64,000 nt of DNA, taken from positions 1,970 to 65,969 of the forward strand of contig CACAZW010000004.1 in assembly GCA_902537055.1 (NCBI GenBank), in the 5' to 3' direction. The DNA is from an uncultured Pelagibacteraceae bacterium. GTDB lineage: Bacteria; Pseudomonadota; Alphaproteobacteria; Pelagibacterales; Pelagibacteraceae. Positions within the stretch are counted from its first letter, which is position 1. Each line of letters begins with the position of its first letter. The notes under the pieces are model-generated. The model did not search any database. It was not told the DNA's origin and worked only from the letters and a program-made list of their open reading frames with translations. Made by a program: the position numbers and the translations under genes. This document shows, one piece after another, positions 1-10,521 of the stretch.

Positions 1-453
1 AACTATACCGCTTAAGATAGTATCAATTTTGTCTTTGAAATCGTTGTATTGTCTCTCTCTTTCAGCTTCTCTTACATTGAAACTAATTACTTGTTTCGCT
101 GTTTGAGCAGCTATTCTTCCAAAATCAAATGATGGTAATGGTTGTAAAACCTCATCTCCAATTTGTTTTCCATGATTATTTTCATTAAGCTTAATTGCAT
201 CATCTAGGGTTATTTCTAAATTAGAGTTTTCTGGATTTTCTACTATTAACAACTTTCTAAATATTCCTATATCACCACTTTCTCTATCAATTTCAACTTT
301 AATTTCGTTTTCAGATCCAAATTTAGATTTAGCTGCTTTAGCAATACCATTTTCCATCGATCCAATTATTAACTCTTTATCAATTGATTTTTCTAAAGCT
401 ACTGCTTCTGCTATTCTTATTAATTCTAGTTTATCTGCTCTTCTATTTAACAT
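1..453 (-). CDS. nusA: Transcription termination/antitermination factor NusA (N-terminal part, runs off window)
   Basis: Manual translation from ATG at 453: MLNRRADKLELIRIAEAVALEKSIDKE...FGRIAAQTAKQVI, the NusA N-terminal signature. Not in the ORF track. Confidence 0.93.
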   Translation of the reverse strand, partial: MLNRRADKLELIRIAEAVALEKSIDKELIIGSMENGIAKAAKSKFGSENEIKVEIDRESGDIGIFRKLLIVENPENSNLEITLDDAIKLNENNHGKQIGDEVLQPLPSFDFGRIAAQTAKQVISFNVREAERERQYNDFKDKIDTILSGIV

Positions 454-465
454 TTTATTAATCCT

Positions 466-492
466 AAAAAAAAATGGGCCGAGGCCCATTTT
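466..492 (-). terminator. Hairpin plus U-tract just upstream of nusA (terminator/attenuator)
   Basis: Minus strand AAAATGGGC-CTCG-GCCCATTTT with a T9 tract ending about 12 nt before the nusA ATG. Confidence 0.8.
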
Positions 493-513
493 GAATTTCA
501 ATAATGTGAATGA

Positions 514-541
514 AATATATTTATTTTTTTTTAATATTCAA
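514..541 (-). promoter_or_regulatory. Possible sigma70 promoter for the nusA leader
   Basis: Minus strand TTGAAT-N16-TATATT; the AT-rich background lowers specificity. Confidence 0.35.
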
Positions 542-547
542 CTTTAT

Positions 548-1711
548 TTACCTATTAAATAGGTCTGATTTATCTGTCTTTTCCCATGAAAATGAACCTT
601 GCTCATCTGGAATTCTTCCGAAGTGTCCATATGCTGCTGTTTTTTCATAAATAGGTTTATTTAGGCCTAACATCTCTCTTATGCCTCTAGGGCTTAAATC
701 AAAATTTTCATGTATAAGTTTTTCTACATGTTTATTTTTTTCATCATCATTATCGAATAAATCAACATAAATTGATAAAGGTTTTGATACACCTATAGCA
801 TATGCAAGTTGAATCAAACATTTGTTAGCAATTTTAGATGCAACAACATTCTTTGCTAAATATCTGGATGCGTAAGCAGCTGATCTATCAACTTTGGTTG
901 GATCTTTTCCAGAAAATGCACCTCCTCCATGTGGTGCTGCTCCACCATATGTGTCAACAATAATTTTTCTACCAGTCAAACCACTATCACCGTCAGGGCC
1001 TCCAATCACAAAATTTCCCGTTGGGTTCACATATATTTCCTTTTCATCTAATGAACTCAATAATTGTTTTGGTATTGATCTTTCAATATAAGGTTTTACC
1101 AATTCTCTAACTTGAGCTTGATTGACATCTGGAGAGTGTTGTGTCGATATAACTACAGATTTTACTGATGATGGTTTTCCGTCTTTATATTCAATTGTAA
1201 TTTGGCTTTTTGAGTCTGGTTCTATATTTTTTAATTTGCCGGATTTTCTATCTTGAGCCATAAGTCTTAATATTTTATGAGAGTAGTGTATTGGAGCGGG
1301 CATTAGTACATCGGTTTCATCACACGCGTAACCAAACATAATTCCTTGATCGCCTGCACCTTCATCTTTATTTCCAGAGGAATCTACACCCATAGCAATA
1401 TCAGCTGATTGAGAGTGTAAATGACTTTCGACTGATGTTGCTTCTTTCCAAGTAAATCCTTCTTGATCATAACCAATATCTTTGATGCAATGCCTTACTT
1501 TTTCTATTAAATCTTTTTTTTTTATTTCTGGACCTCTTACTTCACCAGCTAAGACAACTTTGTTTGTTGTTGTTAAAGTTTCACAAGCAACTCTCGATTG
1601 AGGTTCAGCAGCCAAATATGTATCTACAACCATATCTGAAATTCTATCACAAACTTTATCTGGATGACCTTCGGATACTGACTCGCTAGTAAATAAGTAA
1701 TCTTTTTTCAT
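548..1711 (-). CDS. metK: S-adenosylmethionine synthetase
   Basis: [19 protein letters not shown] and GGGAFSGKD motifs. Confidence 0.98.
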   Translation of the reverse strand: MKKDYLFTSESVSEGHPDKVCDRISDMVVDTYLAAEPQSRVACETLTTTNKVVLAGEVRGPEIKKKDLIEKVRHCIKDIGYDQEGFTWKEATSVESHLHSQSADIAMGVDSSGNKDEGAGDQGIMFGYACDETDVLMPAPIHYSHKILRLMAQDRKSGKLKNIEPDSKSQITIEYKDGKPSSVKSVVISTQHSPDVNQAQVRELVKPYIERSIPKQLLSSLDEKEIYVNPTGNFVIGGPDGDSGLTGRKIIVDTYGGAAPHGGGAFSGKDPTKVDRSAAYASRYLAKNVVASKIANKCLIQLAYAIGVSKPLSIYVDLFDNDDEKNKHVEKLIHENFDLSPRGIREMLGLNKPIYEKTAAYGHFGRIPDEQGSFSWEKTDKSDLFNR

Positions 1712-3228
1712 TTATTCTCCCTAATTTTTAAAATCACAATGAAAGTAGTATAAATTATGACAAAATAAAAGAAGATCTTATTACCGTGTTCAGCAAAATA
1801 AGTTTTATCAACACGTTTAATTTTATTAACATCAAAATATCCTTTTTCACTAATTTGTTTAATAATTTGACCTTTGGGATTAACAAAAGCAGAAACCCCA
1901 TTGTTTGTAGATCTAATAACATTTTTACCTTCTTCAATTGATCTAAATATCGAATGAGATAGGTGTTGAGCAGGTCCAATAGATTTGCCAAACCAACCAT
2001 CCTCAGAAATATTTAATATAAAATCGTAATATTTTTTATTTGGATTAATTTTTCCTGAATAAATAATTTCATAACAAATAAGTGGGATAAATTTGATTTT
2101 ATCAATGTTCAGAATTTCTCTTTTATTATCAGCTGAAAATGATTGATACCCTTGGGTTATTTTTTTTAAACCTACTCTTTTGAAGAAATTTTCAAATGGT
2201 AAAAATTCTCCGAATGGAACTAGTTTATTCTTGTTATATTTATACAATAATTCTGTGTCAGAATTTAATACTACTAAAGAATTATAAATTTTATTTTCTT
2301 TAATACTATTAATTCCCAAAATAACTTTATGGTTTGCATTAAATTTTTTTTTGAAGATATTTTTAAAAAATTTGAGATCTCTAAAATAAATACTAGTAAT
2401 TATACCCTCGGGAAAAATAAATATTTTTTTTTCAGATTTATTTGGATCACTTAAAGTAAGTAATTCATCGATATTTTTTTCAGGACTCTGATTTGTTAAA
2501 AATCTTTCAATTGGTACTTTTGGAGAAACAACTCGAATAACAGATTCTAGCTTGTCGTATTTTTTTTTTTCAAAATTTTTAATATTAAAGTATCCATACA
2601 AATAATTTATTACTACTAGAATTAATCCAAAATAAAAAAAGATAACTGCTGCTGAACTTTTATACTTATGAAAAAATACTATTGGTAATAAGAAAATTGT
2701 GATTGATAATAAATTTAAAGAGTAGGTCCCTACGTAGGATAAAATTTGTAAAGAAGGTAAGTTATTTGAAACACTAAAGACTAATAGATTCCAAGGAAAA
2801 CCACCTAAAATAAAACTTCTTAGAAATTCAATCCCACCAAAAAAAATTGAAAAAATCAAAACTGATGAGAGTTTATTTTTTAAATTAAAAAGGCTACTTA
2901 GAAAAGTTACTAAACCATAAAATATTCCCAAAAATAAAGGTATTAATATTAATGCAAATGGAATAATTAATTTAAAATTTACATCAAATGTTAAAGAATT
3001 TGTAACCCAATAAAGGTTAGAAATAAAATAACCAAATCCAAAGACCCAACCAACAAAAAATGATATGATTTTTTTATGGGTATAATTTATTAATATATAA
3101 AGTAATGTCGGAAGTGATAAAAAATTAAGAAATACAAAATTATATGGCGGTAAACTAAATGATGTTATTATACCTAAAAATAAACATGTTAAATATAGAT
3201 AAGCTTTATATTGTAGAATAGATTTCAA
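1708..3228 (-). CDS. lnt: Apolipoprotein N-acyltransferase
   Basis: Multi-TM N-terminus; FPE, KLVPFGE and ICYE nitrilase-fold triad motifs. Confidence 0.95.
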   Translation of the reverse strand: MKSILQYKAYLYLTCLFLGIITSFSLPPYNFVFLNFLSLPTLLYILINYTHKKIISFFVGWVFGFGYFISNLYWVTNSLTFDVNFKLIIPFALILIPLFLGIFYGLVTFLSSLFNLKNKLSSVLIFSIFFGGIEFLRSFILGGFPWNLLVFSVSNNLPSLQILSYVGTYSLNLLSITIFLLPIVFFHKYKSSAAVIFFYFGLILVVINYLYGYFNIKNFEKKKYDKLESVIRVVSPKVPIERFLTNQSPEKNIDELLTLSDPNKSEKKIFIFPEGIITSIYFRDLKFFKNIFKKKFNANHKVILGINSIKENKIYNSLVVLNSDTELLYKYNKNKLVPFGEFLPFENFFKRVGLKKITQGYQSFSADNKREILNIDKIKFIPLICYEIIYSGKINPNKKYYDFILNISEDGWFGKSIGPAQHLSHSIFRSIEEGKNVIRSTNNGVSAFVNPKGQIIKQISEKGYFDVNKIKRVDKTYFAEHGNKIFFYFVIIYTTFIVILKIRENK

Positions 3229-3671
3229 TTTATTTTATTCAATTTTTTAAATATTAAATTTTCTCTTTTGTTCATTAAATAATAATCTTTATTTTTTTTA
3301 TGATCATGTCCTAAGAGATGTAAATAACCGTGAATCCACATTTTATCTAATTCTTGATCAAAACTCGTTGATTTTGCTCTTTTGTTAATTATTTCAAAAG
3401 AAATTGCTATGTCTCCTAAATATAATTTATTTTTTAATTTAACTTTTAAAGGAAAAGAAAGTACATCTGTTGAAACATTTTTATTTCTAAATTTTAAATT
3501 TAAATCTTTCATTTTTTTATTATTAGTAAGCATCACAGTAAATTCTTGGTTTTTATTTTTAAAGATGCTTAATTTAGATAATTTGTTTAATTTCTTTTTG
3601 AAGTATATCTCTGGTTTTTTTAATTTCTTTTCCCAAATTTTTTTATCTAAAACTATATTGGCTTTAATCAT
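3225..3671 (-). CDS. ybeY: rRNA maturation endoribonuclease YbeY
   Basis: TDVLSFP and HGYLHLLGHDH motifs. Confidence 0.96.
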   Translation of the reverse strand: MIKANIVLDKKIWEKKLKKPEIYFKKKLNKLSKLSIFKNKNQEFTVMLTNNKKMKDLNLKFRNKNVSTDVLSFPLKVKLKNKLYLGDIAISFEIINKRAKSTSFDQELDKMWIHGYLHLLGHDHKKNKDYYLMNKRENLIFKKLNKIN

Positions 3672-4678
3672 TAATCTGAATTTTTATCAGAATAAGCCTT
3701 GACTATCTTGGAAACTAGTGGGTGTCTTACAACATCAGTATGATCAAAATCTACCACAGATATCTCTTTTAAATGACCAAGTAATTTTTTTGATCTATTT
3801 AAACCTGACATTGTTTTATTAGGTAAGTCTATTTGGGAAGGATCACCGTTAATTACTATTTTGGAATTTTCACCAATTCTTGTTAAAAACATTTTTATTT
3901 GAGTATCTGTTGCATTTTGTGCTTCATCGAGTATTGCAAATGAATTTTTTAAAGTTCTTCCCCTCATAAATGCAAGTGGTGCAATCTCAATATCTCCAAC
4001 TTCTATTTTTTTTTGAATTTTTTCAAAATCTAATAAGTCATATAATGAATCGTAAAGAGGTCTTAAATAAGGATCAACTTTTTCTCTCATATCTCCTGGT
4101 AAAAAACCTAATCTCTCTCCTGCTTCTACCGCTGGTCTAGATAATATGATTCTCTCTATTTTTTTTTCAAGCAACATTGTTAAAGCAACAGCTACAGCTA
4201 AAAAAGTTTTACCAGTTCCCGCTGGTCCTGCAGAAATAACAATATCAGATTCTTTTAAAGCCCTTATATAATTTTTTTGTTTCTCTGATCTTGGTATTAC
4301 AGATTTTTTTGGAGTTTTTATTATATATTCAACATTTCCACTTTTATTTGTAACTTTTTCATCAATCATAAATTTGTTTACTGATGACTCTATATCCTTT
4401 TTTTCTAATGTTCCATTATTTAAAAATTGATTTACAAGGAACTGAATTGCATTCTTTATTATTTCATTTTTTTCAGGAGTATTTTTTAATAAAATTGAGT
4501 TTCCTCTAGAGTAAATGCTAGAATTTGTAATTTTTTCTAATTCTTTTAAGTTATTATTAAATTCTCCTAGAACACCTAAAAGTAATTCGTTACTTTGAAA
4601 TACAATACTTAAGGCATTGTTTTCTGAATATACATATTTTAAATCAGGATTAATTTTTGATTTTGCAAAATTTTTCAA
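3671..4678 (-). CDS. phoH: PhoH-family ATPase (YbeZ-like)
   Basis: GPAGTGKT, LGFLPG, RGRT and DEAQN motifs; miaB-phoH-ybeY-lnt synteny. Confidence 0.95.
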   Translation of the reverse strand: MKNFAKSKINPDLKYVYSENNALSIVFQSNELLLGVLGEFNNNLKELEKITNSSIYSRGNSILLKNTPEKNEIIKNAIQFLVNQFLNNGTLEKKDIESSVNKFMIDEKVTNKSGNVEYIIKTPKKSVIPRSEKQKNYIRALKESDIVISAGPAGTGKTFLAVAVALTMLLEKKIERIILSRPAVEAGERLGFLPGDMREKVDPYLRPLYDSLYDLLDFEKIQKKIEVGDIEIAPLAFMRGRTLKNSFAILDEAQNATDTQIKMFLTRIGENSKIVINGDPSQIDLPNKTMSGLNRSKKLLGHLKEISVVDFDHTDVVRHPLVSKIVKAYSDKNSD

Positions 4679-4679
4679 A

Positions 4680-6011
4680 TTATGCTGCTTTCATTTTATC
4701 TGTCACTTTACCAAATAAAGAATTTTGATTACTTTTTTCGATATTCACTTTAATTAATTTGCCAATATGACTTTCATTACCATCAAAAATAACTGAACTT
4801 AAAAATTTATTTCTTCCAAAATATTTGTTTTGGTTTTTAAGTTTGTTTTCAACAAGTACCTCTAAAGTTTTTCCTTCTAAAGATTTATTTAATTCTATTT
4901 GATTACTAAATAATTTTTCTTGAATAGTTATCAGTCTATTTTTAAGTTTATCTTTATCAGTAATCTCTAATTCTGCAGCCTTTGTCCCTGGTCTTGGGCT
5001 AAAAATAAATGAGAATGAATTTATAAATTTAATTTTATTAACTAAATTTATGGTTTGTTTGAAATCATTCTCTGTTTCTCCAGGGTATCCAACAATAAAG
5101 TCACTAGAAAATTTTATGTCAGGATTAATTTTGATTAATTTTTCATAAATGTTTAAATAATAACTTACAGTGTGCTTTCTGTTCATCATTTTTAATATTC
5201 TGTCAGAACCACTTTGAATTGGTAAATGAACAAAAGGCATTAATTTTTTTGAATTTTTGTAACATTCAATAAGATCATCTGTCATATCTCTTGGATGAGA
5301 TGTGGTATACCTAATTCTACTTATTTCGGAATATTTGCTGAGTGTATTTATAAGATCTGACAGTCGGTACTCCCTAGATCCGTCTTTATAAGAATATGCA
5401 TTTACGTTTTGACCAAGAAAAGTTATTTCTCTAGATCCATTCTTTATCAATCTCTCAGCTTCATCAATAATGCTTTTGAATGGTCTAGAATACTCTGGTC
5501 CTCTAGTATAAGGAACAACACAAAAGTGACAGAACTTATCACAACCCTCTTGAATTGTTAAAAAAGATGAAACATTGGTGTTGTTATTTTTAATATTATC
5601 GAAGTACCTAAACTTTGAAACTGAGTCGAATTCAGTTTCTTCAACTTTATTTTCTTCTTCAAAGTTTTTCAAAAGATTATTTATTTTTTGATAAGATTGA
5701 GGACCTATAATTAAATCTATATATTTCTCTCTATTAAGCATCTCAGTATTTTCAGCTTGTGCAACGCAACCTGCAATAACCATAATTGGTTTTTTTTTGT
5801 CTTTATATAATTTTTTTACTCTCCCAATCTCATGATAAACTTTATCTTTAGCTTTATCTCTAATATGACAAGTATTTAAAATATAACAATCAGCCTCTTC
5901 TTGATTTTCAGTTTTATTATAACCTATCGACCTAACAGCATCGTATATCCTGTTAGAATCATACTCATTCATTTGACAACCAAATGTCTTTATAAAAACC
6001 TTCTTATGCAT
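4680..6011 (-). CDS. miaB: tRNA methylthiotransferase MiaB
   Basis: TFGCQMN, radical-SAM CDKFCHFC motif, C-terminal TRAM domain. Confidence 0.96.
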   Translation of the reverse strand: MHKKVFIKTFGCQMNEYDSNRIYDAVRSIGYNKTENQEEADCYILNTCHIRDKAKDKVYHEIGRVKKLYKDKKKPIMVIAGCVAQAENTEMLNREKYIDLIIGPQSYQKINNLLKNFEEENKVEETEFDSVSKFRYFDNIKNNNTNVSSFLTIQEGCDKFCHFCVVPYTRGPEYSRPFKSIIDEAERLIKNGSREITFLGQNVNAYSYKDGSREYRLSDLINTLSKYSEISRIRYTTSHPRDMTDDLIECYKNSKKLMPFVHLPIQSGSDRILKMMNRKHTVSYYLNIYEKLIKINPDIKFSSDFIVGYPGETENDFKQTINLVNKIKFINSFSFIFSPRPGTKAAELEITDKDKLKNRLITIQEKLFSNQIELNKSLEGKTLEVLVENKLKNQNKYFGRNKFLSSVIFDGNESHIGKLIKVNIEKSNQNSLFGKVTDKMKAA

Positions 6012-6014
6012 GAA

Positions 6015-6434
6015 TTATTTTTTTTTGATACCGTATAGTTCTAATTTATGATCAACAAGCTTATAACCATATTTATCAGCAATTTTTTTTTGTAATTCTT
6101 CGATTTCTTCATCAACAAATTCTATTATCTCTCCAGTTTTTATATCAATCAAATGATTATGATCATCATTTAATTCATATCTTGCCTTTCCAGATTTAAA
6201 ATCATGTTTTGTTAATATACCTGCTTCCTCAAAAAGCTTAACTGTCCTGTAAACAGTAGCAATACTAATTTTAGAATCTATTTGAGAAACTCTATTATAT
6301 AATTCATCAACATCTGGATGGTCAGATTCTCCATATGTTTTTTTAGATTCGGATATTACTCTTGCGATTATCCTTCTTTGATCTGTAAGTTTTACACCAT
6401 TTTTTTGGCATTTTTCTTCAATAGTTTCTAGCAT
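6015..6434 (-). CDS. fur: Fur-family metalloregulator (Fur/Mur)
   Basis: TDQRR, HPDVDELY, ATVYRT and HLID motifs. Confidence 0.9.
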   Translation of the reverse strand: MLETIEEKCQKNGVKLTDQRRIIARVISESKKTYGESDHPDVDELYNRVSQIDSKISIATVYRTVKLFEEAGILTKHDFKSGKARYELNDDHNHLIDIKTGEIIEFVDEEIEELQKKIADKYGYKLVDHKLELYGIKKK

Positions 6435-6442
6435 AATATATT

Positions 6443-6820
6443 TTAACTCGAGTAAAGGGGTTTAATCAAATTAATATTTGTAAAATTTTTTTTATCAGTT
6501 TTTACTAACTGATTTACATCTTTATCAGTTAAATGTTCACTCAAAAATCCATATAAATCAATATTTTTTGCAAAAGCAATGCCTTTAGCAATTGCTATCG
6601 AATTTCTAATGCTTGAGATTTTCCCAGGACCTTGGTTTACAAATATTTCACTTATTTTATCTAAATTTGAATCATGTTCTTTAAGAAAATTCAAAATTAA
6701 TATCATTATTTTATCAAAATTTTCTCTACTGTTTATATGAGCGGTAGTATAAGTATCTATGTTGGTTATGAGAGAAAATAAAATTTTATCGTCTGCAGCA
6801 TTAATAACTAAAGTATTCAT
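6443..6820 (-). CDS. tsaB: Shortened TsaB (t6A biosynthesis) homologue
   Basis: IFVNQGPG..SIR motif and position between nfuA and fur/miaB; only 125 aa. Confidence 0.7.
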   Translation of the reverse strand: MNTLVINAADDKILFSLITNIDTYTTAHINSRENFDKIMILILNFLKEHDSNLDKISEIFVNQGPGKISSIRNSIAIAKGIAFAKNIDLYGFLSEHLTDKDVNQLVKTDKKNFTNINLIKPLYSS

Positions 6821-7820
6821 TTTTTTTATTATTTTTTTAAACGTTAAAGCTGAAGTAGTAAATAAAAAATATTTTAAGAATGAACAGGGAGTTTTGGCAA
6901 TTATGTATCATAGATTTGAAGAAAATAAGTATCCATCAACAAATATAAGATTAGATATATTTAAAAAACATATTAATTTAATAAAAGAAAATAATTTACA
7001 TTTTTATAATCCTGGTGAATTTCCAATAAATTTTGAAAAGGTTAAAAAACAAAAAAAAATTTTATTAACTATTGATGATGCATTTACATCTTTCTATGAA
7101 AATGCATGGCCAATCTTAAGAGAAGAAAAAATTCCTTTTATTTTATTTGTCTCAACAGAGGCGGTTGGGAATAAAGGATATATGAATTGGGACCAAATAA
7201 AAGAAGTAGAAAAAGAGAACTTTGCATACATTGGTAATCATTCACATTCTCACGATTATTTAACTAAATTTACTTTTCAAAAGTTTGTAGAAGATATTGA
7301 GGAATCAATTAAAATTTTTAAAAATAAATTGGGATATAATCCAATTTATTTTTCTTATCCCTTTGGTGAATATAATTTAGAACAGAAAAATTATATTTCA
7401 AACAATTTTGAATTTGCATTTGGCCAACATTCAGGTGTTATTGATTTAAACAAAGATAGATATGAGCTACCAAGATTCCCTATAAACGAAAAATATGGAG
7501 AAATGAAAAGATTTAAAGAAGTAATATCTTATTTGCCACTTCAGTATAAAATTATTAAACCTGAAAACAAATTTATGAATGATGGAGAAAACCCACCTAA
7601 AATGACGATAGAATTTTTCGAAGATCAAAAAAATTTAGAAAATATTAATTGCTTTTCAAATGAAGGCTCAAAATGGAGAAAAACAAAAATCGTCTTAATT
7701 GATAATATATTAACTATTATTTTTGCAGAAAAATTTATTGAAAGAAGAGGGAGAATTAACTGTTCTTTAAAAGATGAAAATGGGTGGAGATTTTCAGGTT
7801 TCCAATTTGTGCAAAATTAA
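6759..7820 (+). CDS. Exported polysaccharide deacetylase (NodB/CE4 family)
   Basis: Signal-like N-terminus; MYH, TIDD, HSHSH and SYPFG motifs; start at 6759 or 6768. Confidence 0.88.
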   Translation: MLVMRENKILSSAALITKVFIFFIIFLNVKAEVVNKKYFKNEQGVLAIMYHRFEENKYPSTNIRLDIFKKHINLIKENNLHFYNPGEFPINFEKVKKQKKILLTIDDAFTSFYENAWPILREEKIPFILFVSTEAVGNKGYMNWDQIKEVEKENFAYIGNHSHSHDYLTKFTFQKFVEDIEESIKIFKNKLGYNPIYFSYPFGEYNLEQKNYISNNFEFAFGQHSGVIDLNKDRYELPRFPINEKYGEMKRFKEVISYLPLQYKIIKPENKFMNDGENPPKMTIEFFEDQKNLENINCFSNEGSKWRKTKIVLIDNILTIIFAEKFIERRGRINCSLKDENGWRFSGFQFVQN

Positions 7821-8908
7821 ATTAATTTTTTAGTCTTATTACTTGTTGGCATTACATTTACATCATCAAAATCCGTAAGAGAGTTTTGCTTTATAATTTG
7901 TTTTAACACGTCAATGTATTGTTGCCCTGTCTCAGCGTATTTATCTAAATAATTAACCAACTTTAAACTGTCTAACCTTTCGTCATTATCTCTTTGAATT
8001 GCTCTTTCTTTTCTAAATTCAATATAGCTACTATGAGTATTTAAATTTCGCTGGTATGCTCTGACTGATGCTTTAAGAACTGCAAATTTTGCAACTTTGT
8101 GTTTTGCATCTTTATCTACACCCGCTGGTCTAATTCCTTCACCATTCCATGTCCATTGTCCAAATAGTGCATTACCCTCTTGAGCAAATCTCGATGTACC
8201 CCATCCTGTTTCTTTTGCAGCTTGTGCAAGCGCTAAAGAGACAGGTATTTCATCCATTCTAACTTTCAAAGAATAAAAATCTCCATCTCTTAAACCATAT
8301 TGTTTAAATTTTTCCTCTAACCAGTTCTTTTCTTTTTGCGTGTTGATATTTTTAGACAATATTCTAAATAATTCTTTTCTATCAAGTCGAATTTTAGCGT
8401 TCTCTTCTACGATTAATGGTAAAACTATTTGAATAAATAATCTCTTTCTCTTTTTTGAACTCTCAATACTTTTAATCTCTTTTGGAAGGTGATCAATTTT
8501 GTTACCTATATTTACTAACTTAGTCTCTCTAACTCTTTCAAGATTATAATTTGTATCTTTAAACAATTGCTCAATAGTTCTTGCATCAAATCTAATTGAA
8601 TTTTGTCCCTCGTCATCTGTACTGAAAAAATCAATATCAGCAAAAATATTTTTTAGACTTAATTTATTTGTTTTGGTTTCAGTTTCTTCATCTAAGACTT
8701 TTTTTCTTTTTTCTAGTTCTTGGTCAAAATTTACACCAGCATTTGAAATTATAGATTTTTTAAAATATAAATTTTTATCCACAAAATTGTTTAGTGTTGG
8801 TAAAGAAAAGAATGAGAATATTACAAAAATACTAATTGCCGAAAATCTTAATATATTATTTTTCTTTTGCTTAAGTTTAATACTTTTATTTTTTTTACGT
8901 CTAACCAT
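7817..8908 (-). CDS. Bax-like glucosaminidase-domain protein (GH73-like)
   Basis: N-terminal TM; LAQAAKETGWGTSRF, NALFG and NLNTH motifs; start may be 8908 or 8917. Confidence 0.85.
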   Translation of the reverse strand: MVRRKKNKSIKLKQKKNNILRFSAISIFVIFSFFSLPTLNNFVDKNLYFKKSIISNAGVNFDQELEKRKKVLDEETETKTNKLSLKNIFADIDFFSTDDEGQNSIRFDARTIEQLFKDTNYNLERVRETKLVNIGNKIDHLPKEIKSIESSKKRKRLFIQIVLPLIVEENAKIRLDRKELFRILSKNINTQKEKNWLEEKFKQYGLRDGDFYSLKVRMDEIPVSLALAQAAKETGWGTSRFAQEGNALFGQWTWNGEGIRPAGVDKDAKHKVAKFAVLKASVRAYQRNLNTHSSYIEFRKERAIQRDNDERLDSLKLVNYLDKYAETGQQYIDVLKQIIKQNSLTDFDDVNVMPTSNKTKKLI

Positions 8909-8936
8909 TAATTTCAATATAATAATTATTAATTAA

Positions 8937-9479
8937 TTATACAGCTAAAACTTCTTTAACTTCGGGAATATAGTGACATAGCAAGTTTTCTACGCCTTTT
9001 TTTAAAGTGAGGGTTGAAGATGGACAACCTGAACAACTGCCTTTTAACAAAACTTTAACTTTTCCATCCTTGAATTCTTGGAACTTTATATCTCCTCCAT
9101 CTCTTGCAACAGCAGGTCTTATTTTGGAGTCTAGAATACTTATTATTTTTTTTTCAATCTCTGAATAATTTTTTTTTTGCTCTCCTTCACTTGTTTTATC
9201 AATAATGCAAGTATTACCATTCGCATAATGCTCGTTTACGTAAGATATAACAATATGCTGAATATCTTCCCATTCTTTATTCTCTTCTTTATTTATCGAA
9301 AAAAAATCTTCCCCTAAAAATACTCCGGTTACTCCATTTATCTGCAATAAGTTCTTTATCAATAAATTATTTGTATCTTCTTGATTTAAAACTTCTATTG
9401 GACCATTCATAGATACCTTCCTACCAGTAAGAAACTTTAATGAATTCGGGTTTGGTGTATTTTCAGTTTGTATAAACAT
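8937..9479 (-). CDS. NfuA/NifU-family Fe-S carrier
   Basis: MFIQTENTPNPNSLKF N-domain; DGGD and CSGC motifs. Confidence 0.93.
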   Translation of the reverse strand: MFIQTENTPNPNSLKFLTGRKVSMNGPIEVLNQEDTNNLLIKNLLQINGVTGVFLGEDFFSINKEENKEWEDIQHIVISYVNEHYANGNTCIIDKTSEGEQKKNYSEIEKKIISILDSKIRPAVARDGGDIKFQEFKDGKVKVLLKGSCSGCPSSTLTLKKGVENLLCHYIPEVKEVLAV

Positions 9480-9516
9480 AATTCTTATATAATGTTTATT
9501 TCAAATTATTAAATGG

Positions 9517-10518
9517 TTAAAAACCAACTATTTCTTTTATCTTTTTAACTTTTTTAGAAGAAATGTCATGCGCTTTTGCTGCACCTTCCTCTAAAATTTG
9601 GTCTATATAATTTTTGTCTGACAACAATTTTTGTATTTCTTTTGATATAGGTGACAGTTTAGTCACAATTAATTCAGATAGTTTATTTTTTAAATCAGAA
9701 AAATTTTTTCCCTCAAATTCATTTAACGTATCAGTGATATTTTGATTACTTAAGCTAGAGTAAATACCCATCAAATTTTCTGCTTCGAATCTTCCTTTAA
9801 GTCCATTTTCGTTACCAGGTAAAGTATCATTATCTGTTTTTGCTTTTTTGATTTTGTTGACAATTTGATCTTCGGTATCTGTTAAATTGATCCTACTTCC
9901 TTCAGCAGTATCTGACTTACTCATTTTTTTTGTTCCATCTTTCAAACTCATTATTCTTGAAAAATTTTTTTGTATGAGAGGCTCAGGAGGTCTTAAGAAA
10001 TCTGGACATTTATATTCGTTATTAAATTTTTGAGCTATATCTCTACAGAGTTCTAAATGCTGTTTTTGATCATCTCCAACTGGCACATGAGTAGCATCAT
10101 ATAAAAGAATATCAGAAGCCATTAGAATCGGATAAATATATAAACCAACACTAGCTTTTTCCTTGTCTTTTCCAGCTTTCTCTTTGAATTGTGTCATTCT
10201 ATTTAGCCAACCCATTCTGGCTACACATCCTAAAATCCACGAACCCTCAGAATGAGCGGGAACTAAAGATTGATTGAATATTATACTATTTTTTGGATCA
10301 ATACCGCTTGCAATAAATGCTGCTGCTGTCTCTCTAATATTATTTTTTAACTCTGCTGGATCCTGCATAACTGTAATAGCATGAAGATCAACAACGCAAA
10401 AAATGCAATTATTATTTTTATTATTTTGTAAATCTACAAAATTTTTTATTGCACCTATATAATTGCCAAGATGCAAATTTCCCGTTGGTTGAACTCCTGA
10501 AAAAATTTTTTTAGACAT
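9517..10518 (-). CDS. trpS: Tryptophan--tRNA ligase
   Basis: HLGN (HIGH-like), VPVGDDQ and KMSKS motifs. Confidence 0.97.
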   Translation of the reverse strand: MSKKIFSGVQPTGNLHLGNYIGAIKNFVDLQNNKNNNCIFCVVDLHAITVMQDPAELKNNIRETAAAFIASGIDPKNSIIFNQSLVPAHSEGSWILGCVARMGWLNRMTQFKEKAGKDKEKASVGLYIYPILMASDILLYDATHVPVGDDQKQHLELCRDIAQKFNNEYKCPDFLRPPEPLIQKNFSRIMSLKDGTKKMSKSDTAEGSRINLTDTEDQIVNKIKKAKTDNDTLPGNENGLKGRFEAENLMGIYSSLSNQNITDTLNEFEGKNFSDLKNKLSELIVTKLSPISKEIQKLLSDKNYIDQILEEGAAKAHDISSKKVKKIKEIVGF

Positions 10519-10521
10519 AAT

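Noticed and set aside
8775-8783. Perfect DnaA box TTATCCACA inside the Bax-like gene
   Set aside because: Single, intragenic and 34 kb from the origin candidate; compatible with chance
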